64,000 nt of DNA from Saccostrea echinata (lineage: Eukaryota): contig NW_026889750.1 in NCBI RefSeq assembly GCF_033153115.1, positions 39,184,001 through 39,248,000 on the forward strand, written 5' to 3'. The notes beneath the pieces were generated by a model. The model worked only from the letters and a program-made list of their open reading frames with translations. It was not told the DNA's origin and did no database searches. Of this stretch, positions 51,521 to 64,000 are shown piece after piece. Position 1 is the first letter of the stretch. Every line of letters starts with the position of its first letter. Position numbers and translations under genes: made by a program.

Positions 51521-53334
51521 ATATAAAAAATACTTAACATATAATTATGTATCTACTAAATTCAACCTTTTTTAAAGTGATTATAGGTATTTTACATTCT
51601 AGTATAAAATACATAGTTACATACCCACATACATATACACAGTCGTACATACACATGCATACCTACATACATTATCATAACACACATGATTTGACTTAAT
51701 TTTGAACTAAAACATAAATCATGTCTACCATTCACAAACTGAAATTCTTAGAATTAAGTTCACCTACCATAAAGTAATTAATTAAATCTCAGTATTCACC
51801 AAGATAAATTAATACTTCAATTGATTCTATCATACAAATGGTTTTCTTAATAAGTGTTCATGTATTTTCTTTATTTGAATTTTAGAAAGATTTGAAAGAT
51901 AAAAATAGAACTATATTTATTTACATGTCTTTCGAAGTCTGTTTTGGCTTAATTCTCTCTCTATATATGAAGTAAGACATATTTAAATGTAATCCACGCT
52001 ATGGAGCACTAAATTAATTAATGTGGTCACTGTATTCTTTTCTTAATATTCTGGATAGTGCAAGAGACGGCAGGGGTGCTCATACCTGTTTTAAGAGTCT
52101 CCTTTTGTTGTATATATAGTATAAAAAAAAATAAAATTCAAAGGTCAGCACCCCATCCCCCCTCCCCCAAAGCATTTTGATGTATCTTGAAACCTCTTAT
52201 GTTATTGTACCCATTATTTTGGCCAAAAATGACATTTTAATTCTATCCCAAGCAAACGCGGACATATGCATATCAATGAAAAAATGAGGAATTAATTTTT
52301 TAGATATTACTGTAGTAGACAAAACTGTGAAAATGTTTAATTCACATGACAGGTGTCAATGAAACATTCAACAGACTTTTGTTTAATTCATAATCCCATG
52401 ATTGTATACCTCATTGACATTATATTTATTGGATTTTGATACAAGTTGCCGACGTATTCCTCCTGATCACAACACATGTCGTTGAATTTCGCACTCGATC
52501 TGAAGATCTCCCATCATATTCCGACAAGCTTTCAACTTAATATACTTAAACATTTCATGATTAAAATATCAAAATGGAGTATGTGTAATAACTCCATTAA
52601 GTAACAACCATCATAGAGCCAAAAATTCACAAATTAATATCGGAAATACCTTTAAAGAGTGTGTTTGAGTTTGTGTACGATTTCTGGTTCATGGAAATCC
52701 CTACACTTTTCCTACTTTGCAAAGCTCAATTGAATTCATTTAGCAGACTAAATCTTACATATAGAATATCTAAATAAAAATTATTACTATATGAATTGAC
52801 CAAAAAAAAAAAAAAAAATCAAAATTTTTGCTAAAAATTGATAGATCATGAAATTATCATAGTTTAATCGATAGCACTGTCTCAGTCAATTTATACATCT
52901 AATATTATAATTTGTTCGTAATTTCGTGTAGATATGGTTCATATGAAAATGATCATATCCATGAGAACTCAGGTTTGCAATTACATTTTATCTATGAAGA
53001 ACTAAATCGTTTTGGAAAAAATCGCAATAATCTTATTTCTCCAAAGAAAAATCAGTATTTCCTTGTTTCCCTTCAAAATAATTACTTTTGTGTTATCTTA
53101 AAAATCAAGGGCAAAGGTGAAATTGTATTCTAAGCACTTTAAGAAAAATGAACTTGACAGTAGTTTTTCCGGTGTAAAATGCAAATACTTGAAACAACTT
53201 TAAAATAATGCAAAGCTTCCTCAATACACACAAATTAAACAGATTGCATTTTCTTATTTTTCTAAGCACATGCATTTTTTCTAAGTTTTGTTTCTGCACA
53301 TTTCAAATCATTTATACTTTCGTATCTACGTCTT

Positions 53335-53510
53335 TTTGAGACGAAAAGGGTGAAGATAGCTATCCGTGATCAATCTCGAAAAATCAACAAACAATACAAT
53401 CTCTGAACAGGGTATAAAACACGGACCCTCGGAAATTGCAGAGGTGGGATTAGGAACCAATCGAGGAGCAGTAGGTATCCCCTGTTGATCTGTCACACCA
53501 ACCGTGAGCC
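53335..53510 (-). mobile_element. Fragment of an abundant oyster interspersed repeat (retroelement-associated); second fragment at 50640-50730
   Basis: The GGTGTGAC..TCAACAGGGGAT..CT.CTCCT...ATCCCACCTCTG motif occurs in both places. The family assignment is from memory only. Confidence 0.5.
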
Positions 53511-54087
53511 AAATGTACAGGTAGACGAAACATTCTGTAGTCAAATTTAGTGTAAAAACAAAGGCCTAATAATTGGCGTGAAACACGTCAGTCGTAATAC
53601 AACCCAATGATAGGTCATATTTGTTAACAAGGTCCATGGAATTTGCGAAATGCTGACTTTAAACAAGGTCGTTGAAATCTCTGTCACATCAACTTATCTG
53701 TCAGTAGCCTGCCTCGGTTTAAAAATTAATCGTCATCAGGACATGCTCTTGAATATTGAATAAATTGTGAGAAGTAAACCACATATGCAGGTGATAGTGG
53801 AATATACTACTCATCTAAGACACCGAAGCGGGGGACCACAAGTCTTTGAATTGCTTGTTTCATTTTCAGTTGCACTTTTCAAAAAGAAAACATTTTATGC
53901 ATGTTAAAATTTATTTCCAACTTCCTCTCTTAATCTTTGAAAATATTGCAACCCTTTCATAATCAGTCCAATAATGAATTTTCAAATATCAATGAAATCA
54001 AAGTTTATTGCAAAAAAAAAAGGATGAATTTATAAACAAACTTTGCATCAGTTCATATTGTCAGCAAACAAAGCATTAAAAGAAACA

Positions 54088-57000
54088 CTAGTTTTTATTG
54101 ATATTCATAAGCTGACAAGACAACTCTTTCATGAGCAGATTTTTTGAATTAAGTTCTCCAGTCATTCCCTTGTCGAATTGTTCTGCTTCGTCATAATTGT
54201 AGACATCGGAGTAATTGGAGATACTGTCTTTATTTTCTCTGTTCTCTGGTTCATTATGGTGAAAAGTCTGCATTGTATTATCTTTGTAATCATAATTTTG
54301 AAGATAGAAGGAAGAAGCTCTTCTAAAACTCTCATCATCAGAGGTCACTTCACCGCTATTAAGAAAGTCACTCAAGTACTTGGTTCGAGAACAAGTTGAA
54401 GAGGCATCAGAATGGCGATCAACGATTGAATGCCGTGTCAAAGTTGCAAGTTCATCGTAACCATTAACTCGAAGTGCGAGGGTATTGTAAAAACATGCCT
54501 CCATCTCTCCATTACTACCTTCATTTACAGAGATTTTTTCCAAATTGTTCATTGAACTACGTATCGGTGTAGTCAGAGTTTCTGCCTGGCACGTCTGTTT
54601 TCTACCTTTAACTTTGTCTCCCTTGCAAGGAATGTGTGAAACAGGTAATAACTCATCTGGCCTATGATCTGTCGGAGATAATTCTGTGCGAGAAAAAAAT
54701 TCTTCTGTAATATTTAAAAATATGCAATGATACATGAAGATATACGATTTCAATAATTTACTAATGAATTGAAAATCTTACCACCGCATTTCGTGTAGAA
54801 TTTTACACCCCTGTGTAAAAGAAATAGATAAANNNNNNNNNNNNNNNNNNNNNNNNNNNNNNNNNNNNNNNNNNNNNNNNNNNNNNNNNNNNNNNNNNNN
54901 NNNNNNNNNNNNNNNNNNNNNNNNNNNNNNNNNNNNNNNNNNNNNNNNNNNNNNNNNNNNNNNTAATTGATTGATGTATAATACCTTATCTTTAGCATCA
55001 TAATTAAAAACACCAGAGTAATGACTATAAGACTGGTTGAGAGACCTACGAGAAACAATATATTTTTATGGGAAGAATCTGAAATGAAACAAAAGAAAAA
55101 TGCAAAAAAAAAAAAAAATAAATAAATAATTAAGGTAATACATAAATATGAATTCCATTATCTTTGCTCAAAGTTTGTTGAAATAACAACACTGTATTTT
55201 TTCTTTCATTTAATTCCGAATTCCAAATTAAACAGATGCAAAGACCAGGGCCACTAATCCTGTCGTTATTATTTTGAAACTAATCATCAAATTCTGTTAC
55301 GTAATAATAACATCAATGATACTTTATTATGCCACTGGTCATAATACAACCCTTTTTCGCTCCTCATTTCATTATTCTGAGTTTGTATGCTATACCGAAT
55401 AGAACAATTATATACACACAAACAGACACACGCACACAACTGAGTTTGTTCTCTAATCAGCTGCTGAATATAGCTCAGAGACAGAATTTGTTTGTACATG
55501 TATTCCCTATTTTGTTGAAGTATATATTTTAACAAGACTTCATTTATACACTTTGAAATAATAATAAAAAAAAGCAAATTATAAAGTTAATCATATTCAG
55601 CTCTATACATTTTGAAACAATATATCTTAATCTTGTACAAATGGTTTTGCTTTTTTATAATTTTATTCTATAGTGATGTTTATCATCAGGATGTTCATTT
55701 TTAGAATATTTACATTGCAGTAAGACCTACTTTGGTCAACACAACCAAATCGTTTGTCACAAGTGACACCTGGATTGCAGTTACATTCCTGTAAACAGAG
55801 ATGGCCATATTTTCCATCAGGACACTTCTTCGAGCAATTAAAGCCAAACGTTCCTGGTAAACAAGCTGTAAATGTTTGGAGACAAATATTTTATACATGG
55901 AACAAATGATTTATTAATTTTGTACAGAAACGTATCTTTTTATCATTTTTCTTAATCAAAGATTTGACTCAGTGGATATATTACTCGTTGTGCAGCACTT
56001 TTTCATATATTTTTTTCAAATCCTAATTAGCAAACATATATAAATAAACTATGCTAAGAAAAATAAATCTATGCTATTTCAAAACTGCTTTACACGGGAA
56101 CTCTAATTTTCCTGCCACCCTCATTTTTCTTTCTCGCTGGACGAAAAAAGTAACTTTAAATTACAGTATCGTAAGTTGTTATATTATAAGTGTTACATAT
56201 TAAGTCCAGAAGAGGCAAAACGAACCTGAACATTTATTTCTGACACGTTGAACGTAATTGTTACAGCATTTGAACTTTCTGAAATGACGTGAAATGAATT
56301 AAAGAATATGAACAGTACTCAAATATAGTGATATGATGTTTCAACAAATATATTGATTTGTATATAATTCACTATAGAGAAACAAATATGAAGAGAAGAT
56401 CCCTACCCATTATTCTCTAAACACACTCCCTTTGAAATACCTGAATCAAAGACAATACTTTCATAATCATACAATGGGAACATTTCTGCAAATCATATAA
56501 CTTTTCGTCATATGATTATCTCGTCGTCTTGATAGTTACCTGTATCACAAGACAATGTACATGTGAGTATGTCAATGTCGACTTGAACTGAACTATTCAC
56601 GCGTGAAATCAACATATAATGCTTTAGTTAGATAAAGTAACCATTGCAACTTTGATGAGATCAATCATTATAACTTGAAGTTATGTGAATGATATGAATT
56701 ATGCCACGTTGACAATATCTATGAGAGCAAAATTTCCAATACAGGTACGAATAATTTGATAAAATGAAAAAAAATATAACGTACATCCTTTAACCGGGTG
56801 ACACTTTTCATCAGAGGTGCAGTTACATTTTCCACGACATAATTCTCCAAATGTGTTTTGTGTACACTGCTGTGTGCAATTCTCGCCATACCATCCGCTA
56901 GGACAAACTTTAATTTCCATTTAAAACAATGAAGTGCCTTCGATTATTATGCAGTAAAAAGAGTGTTAAGAATAAACAATGCTTTTTTTATTCATGTAAA

Positions 57001-57763
57001 TACACGAACTGTTTGTTTTCTAAATGTGATTTTACCTTTACATGTTCCGTTTTCTAGGTAGTGGCTAATACAACACTTCTCATTTCTGTGGGGGAAAATC
57101 ACATTGAAAACAGTTAATATCAACAGTTGCTTTTTGGAGTGATTAAATGTAAGCGTATTTTATAACCCGTAAAGAAAAATCTGAGGTCTGATTTATGATG
57201 ATATTTAATTTGTTTGCCATGTTTGATGTAACCAAACAACAGAGTAGTTTTTAGACAAAATTCAACATTATCACAGACATCAAAAGTTGCTCTGTACAAG
57301 ACTTTTTAATTTAGTAAATACTTTTACATTTAGTCTGCCCAGACCAAAAGTAATATAACATATTTTTTGTACAAAAGAATACTCATTTTCATTTAATTAT
57401 GAAAGAAAAACTGTCGTGCACCATTTTCCCAATTCATTAAAAAAATTCCTTGCCAAAGGATGCCTTAATACGGAATAAAGAGCAAAAGTATAAGCCTGAA
57501 TACAGGAAAAAAAAGTCAGCAAGAAGGGATTTGTATTATAATTTTTCTTCTGTTTGATTTCCAATTGAAGCCCGTAAGTGTAATATTTCCTATAAACTGC
57601 TACATGTAAAATAATTTTTAACAAATGGAATAATTAACAATCCATTCGGAATTCCTTACTTTGTCGAATCTTCACAAAATCCTTCTTTATTCTTGGCAGT
57701 TGTTATTCCTTTGGGAATTAACGAAATAACCAGATAAAGAAGAAAAAAATTATTCCGACTCAT
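54088..57763 (-). CDS. Single-pass EGF-like-repeat receptor (MEGF10/CED-1/scavenger receptor class F-like)
   Basis: Exons: 57763-57660 (signal peptide MSRNNFFLLYLVISLIPKG), 57085-57036 (EKCCISHYLENGTCK), 56907-56785 (CPSGWYGENC...), 55865-55731 (CLPGTFGFNC...), 55078-54985 (TM, ILFLVGLSTSLIVITLVFLIMMLKIR), 54810-54782 and 54704-54088 (cytoplasmic tail). Phases are consistent. The N gap lies in the intron after the TM exon. Confidence 0.78.
54833..54963. other. Assembly gap (N run)
   Basis: Run of n characters. Confidence 1.
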
Positions 57764-58256
57764 ATCGATTTTTTGTTGAAATCTTATAGACGGTTAATTG
57801 AAATTTACATTTATATATACAAACAATATAATAACAACCAGGAAGTAAATAAATGTAGGAAATGAATATAGTATTTTAAAGGATTCAAAATTTTATTTGT
57901 CGAAGATTGTTGATTATGAAAATTAAATAATTTTTATGTACATGTGAAAATAAAATGATCCAAAAGTTTGTTTCATTTGTTTCATAGAATAATGATTGAA
58001 AAGAAATTTAATAAATTGTACTGAAATCTCGGTTAAAGAAGGGCGTACAGAAGTTTAAAGAACAATATTCCATATATTATTTTAAACCTATCTCAATGCA
58101 ATTTTAGGGATGGAGATAGGTGGGAAGGGTTGACTCAACAACACGAACCCCGAAATATAAGATTAACTACAAGAATTTTCAGATTTTGCTATCATTTAAC
58201 TTTTTCAAAAATTAAAATCATTTGCATGTTCAATCTCTTGAATAAGTAAATACTCA

Positions 58257-58294
58257 ATGTGTGTGTGTGTGTGTGTGTGTGTGGGGGGGGGGGG
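58257..58294. repeat. (GT)n plus poly-G microsatellite
   Basis: Direct observation. Confidence 0.9.
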
Positions 58295-59568
58295 TTATGT
58301 TTATTTTTTCCATACTTTTTAATTTTTTTTTTTAGTAATGTTCATATACACAACACCATCAGCATGAAGTATTTACATAATGCTAGTTACAAAAGGCATG
58401 TATTGTTTAAGTACAAGCTAATATCTGATGAAAGTTAATGAATATTTTATTAACAACTACACGTTCACTTTCAATGTTCCTATAACCAGTTAAATTTTGG
58501 TTATAAGTTATAAAATTAATTCCTGGACTATATCCGTCGTTTTATCGTAAACGGGGAAGAAGGAATATTGGCGGTAATAAAGTAGCGGCGCTGTGGGGCC
58601 GAAATACAATTCAAACGAGAAAGGTGCTGTATATTCCTTATGGTCTTCCAATATAAAGTCCAAGAACTGGTAAAATCAGGTTTCCGAATTTATTATACAC
58701 GATGGTAAATAACAGTGAACATGAATTTCAACAAAAGCTTACAAGTCTTAATCGAGTTGGATGTGGCCGGTAGAGCATCGGGCCTCCAAACTGAAGAAAG
58801 TATAATGTACATAGCTTTTTGTAAGATTAAGAGTAAACAATGATTGACTTATGACACTAGTTGAGTTGATTGATGGACAGGTGTGTTTCTTTGATAGAAT
58901 GGACATGAAAGAGGTTATAAAGTAATTGTATAAATAAAGTTATTGATACAGGATTAACAAATCCCGAGGCATTAACGCCTAATGAGTAGATTCTTTTGAC
59001 AGAGTCACCGAGTGTCAGTTGGACTGCCTTAATCCGGCTTCAAAGGAAATGAGATAAATAAGAGTTAAAGACACAATTAATTCGATATTAGTACATAGTA
59101 AAAACAGATAAAGAATTTCATAGATAAACGTCCAAATTTAGTATAAAATATTAAAAAGTGATTTTAATTAGAAAATGTTAATTTTGCTCGGTGACATTCC
59201 CCCGTAATTTCAAGCAAATCTATGACAAACTAAGGGTAGAGTGCTTTATAGAACGGACCCTCATTTTCAATAAGAAGTCCATGACTTTTTCTCTGGAATA
59301 TCATACTCCAGGGTGGCACTTTTAATGTGGTCTAGTATACTGCAAATAATACTTGAATCGATTTCAATTGTTCCGTATACTGTTTATTCAGCTTTATTTT
59401 CTTTTCTACACTTAAGGGCAGATCATTGTAAGAGTAACTGTATTGAAGCATTTTTAAAAAGCATTCCTCTGTGTGCAGTGAGACCATTTTAAGCATAAAA
59501 ACCACTGTTGTTTAGTATCTTCATTATCAAAATTCTGTTTTACATAACATATAAACTTTCACTTCAAA

Positions 59569-59670
59569 GGGCCGAGCGCCTGGCGAAGGAATATAGTTGC
59601 TACCTATTTTTTTATCGACTTAAGATCAGTTGCGGTCGTGATTCGAACACAAGACCTTTCTATCACAAAA
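59569..59670 (-). mobile_element. Degenerate tRNA-derived SINE fragment
   Basis: Minus-strand B-box-like GTTCGAATC followed by ...TAAGTCG.TAAAA.AGGTAG...CGCTCGGC, as in bivalve SINE heads. Confidence 0.5.
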
Positions 59671-60129
59671 CGTAAAATCCATTTCCCAAAGTTGAAAAAG
59701 ATCTATTTCGTCGTAGTGATGGTGGGGTCCACGTTTTTCTAGGAGGGTTTCAAAGTCATTTTTTATTTGCTTCAGTATATACTTTCAATAACTCTGCAAA
59801 TTCCAGGGGGGGGGGGGGTCGGACCCCCCTCCCCCCTTCTAGATCCGCACATGGCATTTGATCTGATAAAAATGGAAAAGTAAAATTAAAACTACACAAT
59901 TATTATAATCTTTTTACCTGCGATAAGCGGAAGAGATGCTCCACCCCGCTACATGCCCACAAGGAGGTTTACATTCATTGCGCATGTAAACATTTTCTTG
60001 CGTTATATTACGCAATGAGTGCATTTGAGTATGATCTTATTACATGATGTGCGGGTACCGCACCTTAGAACAAAGCGAACGTTTGGGAATAGCCAGAGTT
60101 TTTCTGTCAACTAGAGGATTTATTTAAGT

Positions 60130-62032
60130 ATGACAGAGGGGGCTGATGCAATAGGAAACAAAGGATCCCTCTCAGTGGTCATCGTGGGAGGGGGTATTGC
60201 GGGGATAAGTGCGGCTCGTCATCTCATTAAAAATGGAATTCAACAGGTTAAGATTTTGGAAGCAATGAATCGATTGGGGGGTCGAATACTTACCGTAAAC
60301 GGAGGTAGGTTAATACTTCATTTAATTTTCATCTTACACTTGTATGGATCCATTACATACACTATACAAAATACAATATACATATACAATATATACAGTA
60401 GAAATATTTGGTCTAATGTAGAACTTCTGACCGACATGGACCTCATTTTCAATTATAATGACTGCTTAATAAAAGTCTTAATAATATCTAGTCGAATAGA
60501 TGCTACAAATTATTATTTATTTATAAATTTACATATCTAATTTAATGATGCTACATGAATTTCAGGAATATTGACTGTGTCATTAAGCAAGCATTACACA
60601 CCCCCCCCCCCCTCCCCCCAAAAAAACTTTGAAAAAAAATGCTTTTTTTGGATAGAGGCAGGAAAGATTGACTTTGGTGCTCAGTACATCCACGGAGGAG
60701 ATGAGAACCCCTTGTACCAGATGGCTGTCAAACATGATCTTATTGACCGCTCATCAAAGACGACCAAAGGCTCAGGAACATCATCATTTTACGGAAACGA
60801 ATTTTACAAGGAAAACGGGTCCCGAATTCCAAAGGAAATCGTTAGGGATGTCAACGAGTTTCTGGAAAGTGTGCATGAAGAATGTAATGGTATTGAAGAA
60901 AATACAAACTGCCATGAGAGCATGGGGCATTGTTTTGAAAGGAGATTCGAAGAATATTTGGGGTCACGTGACGATACAGAGGAGGATGTTGACATAAAGA
61001 AAGGGTTGTTCGATTGGCGAATTCGATGGGAGATACATGACAACGGCTGCCGTTCCTTGTTTGATGTAGCATCGCCAGCCAGGTACCAAAATTACAACGG
61101 AAGCTATTTTACAGAAGTAAAAAATGGTTTTCAATCAGTGCTTTCCATCCTTTTAAGAGATATTCCTTCTGAGTGCATTAGAACAGAAACACCAGTTACG
61201 AAAATAGATTGGGAAAGTAGTGGCATTTGTAATGATAGAATAGGATCAAAGCAATGTATGATTGAAACTAAACACGGTGAATATATTTATTGTGATTATG
61301 TGATTGTAACTGTACCTCTAGGTTTTCTGCAATCAAACACTGAAAAACTATTCCAGCCACCGTTACCTTCAAGGAAAAAGGCGGCGATTTTGCGAAGTGG
61401 GTTTGGAAACTTAGTGAAAGTATTTCTTACGTGGACGACACCGTTTTGGGACAAATCTTTTGAAGGAATTCAATTTGTATGGACTTCAAATAAAGACGTA
61501 ATCGATAAACAACCAGCTTCAATCCTAACCAAAAAGGTAAAGCCCGCATACTGCTTATATTTGATATGCTTTATCAGTTTAGAAATTACAATGAACGAAA
61601 TTACTAACGTCAATTAAATGGAAAGATTCAACGATTTAAGTGATGTATTCAGTTTTGGAGTGGACATGTCTTCATTTATGAGTGTTTTACAAAATCACGA
61701 ATGTTAAGAGTCTTTAACTCCATCTCTCTCTCTGGAAATAAAGATTTTGGATTATCAAGTATTACCTAAAAAGATGTCCCAAGATTTCCATATAAGCAAG
61801 TTTTACTACATATACTTTTTGCTTGTCTTTAGAACGGTGATCCCTGGTACCGGGACTTTGACGGTTTCCACGTATTGAGGGACAACCCCTCTACTCTTCT
61901 GGGGTGGATTGGAGGGGAGGGAGGGTGTCTGTCAGAATGCTTGGCAGAGGGAGAAATTTTGGAAACGTGTTACCTATTGCTAAAAAAATTTGCTCCTGAC
62001 ATGAATATTCCAAAGCCTTGCAAGATGCAAAG
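60130..62032 (+). CDS. Flavin-dependent polyamine/spermine oxidase-like (PAOX/SMOX family), 3' end not found in window
   Basis: Exons 60130-60304, 60656-61536 and 61833-62032. FAD-binding VVIVGGGIAGISAA, LEAMNRLGGRI, DFGAQYIHG, DYVIVTVPLGFL, FQPPLP, GFGNLVKVFLTWTTPFW and LLGWIGG are present. The C-terminal exon(s) were not seen before 64000. Confidence 0.88.
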
Positions 62033-62477
62033 GTGAGTACCTGATAGCCTCAGTGGTATACTCATAAAGTACCAAAGGTAAGTACCTGATAGCCTCAGTA
62101 GTATACTCATAAAACACCAAAGGTGAGTACCTGATAACCTCAATGGTATACTCATAAAGCACAAAGATGATTACCTGATAACCTTAGTGGTATACTCATA
62201 AAACACCAATGGTGAGTACCTGATAGCCTCAGTGGTATACTCATAAAACACCAAAGATGAGTACCTGATAACCTTAGTGGTATACTCATAAAACACCAAA
62301 GGTGAGTACCTGATAGCCTCAGTGGTATACTCATAAAGCACCAAAGGTGAGTACCTGATAGCCTCAGTGGTATACTCATAAAACACCAAAGGTGAGTACC
62401 TGATAGCCTCAGTGGTATACTCATAAAGCACCAAAGATGAGTACCTGATAGCCTTAGTGGTATACTCATAAAACACA
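62028..62477. repeat. 45-bp minisatellite x10 starting at the splice donor of oxidase exon 3
   Basis: Unit AAAGGTGAGTACCTGATAGCCTCAGTGGTATACTCATAAAACACC. Confidence 0.95.
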
Positions 62478-64000
62478 TCCGTATATGCTTCATTAGGCAT
62501 TTCTACATTATAGCAAAGATATTTATAAGACATAGGTGTCTTGAGCAATCAACCTGAAGCTTCCAAAACGCAACGATTTTACCAGTTTCATTATTGAAGA
62601 CTTCAACAGGTATATGGTAATACATATATGAAAAGTAATTAATAGTGTAAATAAAAATGTTTATTCAAACTTCTAACACATTTGAAGATAATTTCATATT
62701 CAATTCAATTCATTTTTTTTATTTAAAACTTTAATTGAATTCGGCGTCGTTTGGATCCATCAATTCTGGGAAGTATATTGTGAACAGAAACTATCTGTTG
62801 TCTGGGTTTTTTTTTCGTACCATTAGTTTTAATAACAAATTAAATATGTTCTGCAATGTATTATTAATTCTGGGAAGCGGTGATTCTGAAAATTCTAGTG
62901 AAGTAGTTGCCTCATTGCCACAATGGAAGCTACGCCCATGAGGTTTTAATCTTATGTGATTTAACATATTTGTAGTCCCATCGTATACAATAACTCCAAT
63001 TCACACATTAATTTACATTTTACAGAATTCAAATCAGCTGTTCTTTAAAAATACTTCAAAGCTTTAGGTGTCTTCGGCGGCATCTTGTTAAATTATGTTC
63101 CTCTGAGGGACTACTAATTATGAGGTAATTATAACTCATGCAGGTCTTCGAACCTTGTAAACCCCCTGGCAATGAGAGCTTTCAATTACATAAACTGTGA
63201 AAACTAATCAAAACAAATCGATCCTATTTGTGAACCACTAGATCAAGTTTAACGGTGAATAAAATAAGGAAAATTGTTAGTATACATTTATAAACAATTT
63301 AACATTTATTTTCTACGTATTGCTATATAAAATGTATTTTTATCCGAGTACCCGGTAACCGAATAGCAGTTTTAGTAACCCATACTTGCATCGTTCGACG
63401 GTTAACGGGGTACTCGTTGACAACACTACATGTAATTTTTACTGTTTGTCAAGAGGTTGTCTGTACCTTGCTATATGCCTCATCTACTAAGACAATGGTT
63501 TTGGGAGACTTTCGTAGCAAAACGAATCAAAGACAGAAAGACCAAGCTAAAATCTATAACTCCAAAAATTAAAATCGAAATTATGGTTTAGACTGAAAAA
63601 ATCTTTACAAAGGGCATACTTGTAGTGAAATTAAAACTCTTTTTATTGGTGCAAATATGTTATGAACATTATACATGTATCCGTATGCATGTATCAAGCC
63701 CACTCTTACAGGTTTTGTCAGATTTTTAAGGAATGCAAACACTTTACTGACACCAGTTTACTTGTATTCAAGGTGAAAAAAACGACTACCGGTATTCCAA
63801 GAACACTTCCTGTTTGTATTTATAACTACCAAGTTTTAAAAACATACACGACTAAGGTAAAAATAAATTAGTGACAACTTTAACACGGAATATTTGTAGT
63901 GACTTTTTGATTTGATGTGACTCAATCACAACGAAGGCATTTGTTTCGGTAATAATTTTTAACCCATAGACTAGTATTATAATTATACTATGGATCAAAA

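Noticed and set aside
56508-56539. Alternative terminal exon giving a secreted EGF-receptor isoform (KG-CNYQDDEIII*)
   Set aside because: The acceptor and phase are compatible, but there is no independent support and the same site reads equally as a donor.
58440-59080. Possible decayed retroelement or tRNA-like sequence
   Set aside because: No ORF motif or complete A/B-box cloverleaf could be identified by eye.
61970-62548. Repetitive minus-strand ORFs
   Set aside because: Translations of the 45-bp minisatellite, whose unit length is a multiple of 3.

Overview
AT-rich, intron-rich animal genomic DNA, most likely an oyster (Ostreidae). The basis is a Cg170-like satellite monomer, pearl/CvA-type HINE elements and other recalled oyster-type repeats. 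Six protein-coding genes were reconstructed by hand from GT-AG junctions with consistent phase: MRPL43 (-), head-to-head with CCDC125 (+); a FEM1-family ankyrin protein (-); COX15 (-); a single-pass EGF-repeat receptor of the MEGF10/Draper-like class (-); and a 3'-incomplete flavin polyamine/spermine oxidase-like gene (+). Introns and intergenic DNA are packed with MITEs, HINEs, LINE ends, long palindromes and a nested mariner/Harbinger/Kolobok-type relic. The most notable observations are: (1) COX15 has no in-frame ATG ahead of its presequence and may start at a GTG; (2) two minisatellites appear to have grown out of exon-intron junctions, one keeping seven GT donor sites; (3) a 2-kb element has 71-bp hairpin-containing TIRs and a 6-bp TSD; (4) a hairpin element lacks a TSD and has an empty site elsewhere in the window; (5) the EGF receptor tail carries both ITAM-like and ITIM-like motifs. 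No database searches were run, so family calls rest on recalled motifs. There is an N gap at 54833-54963.
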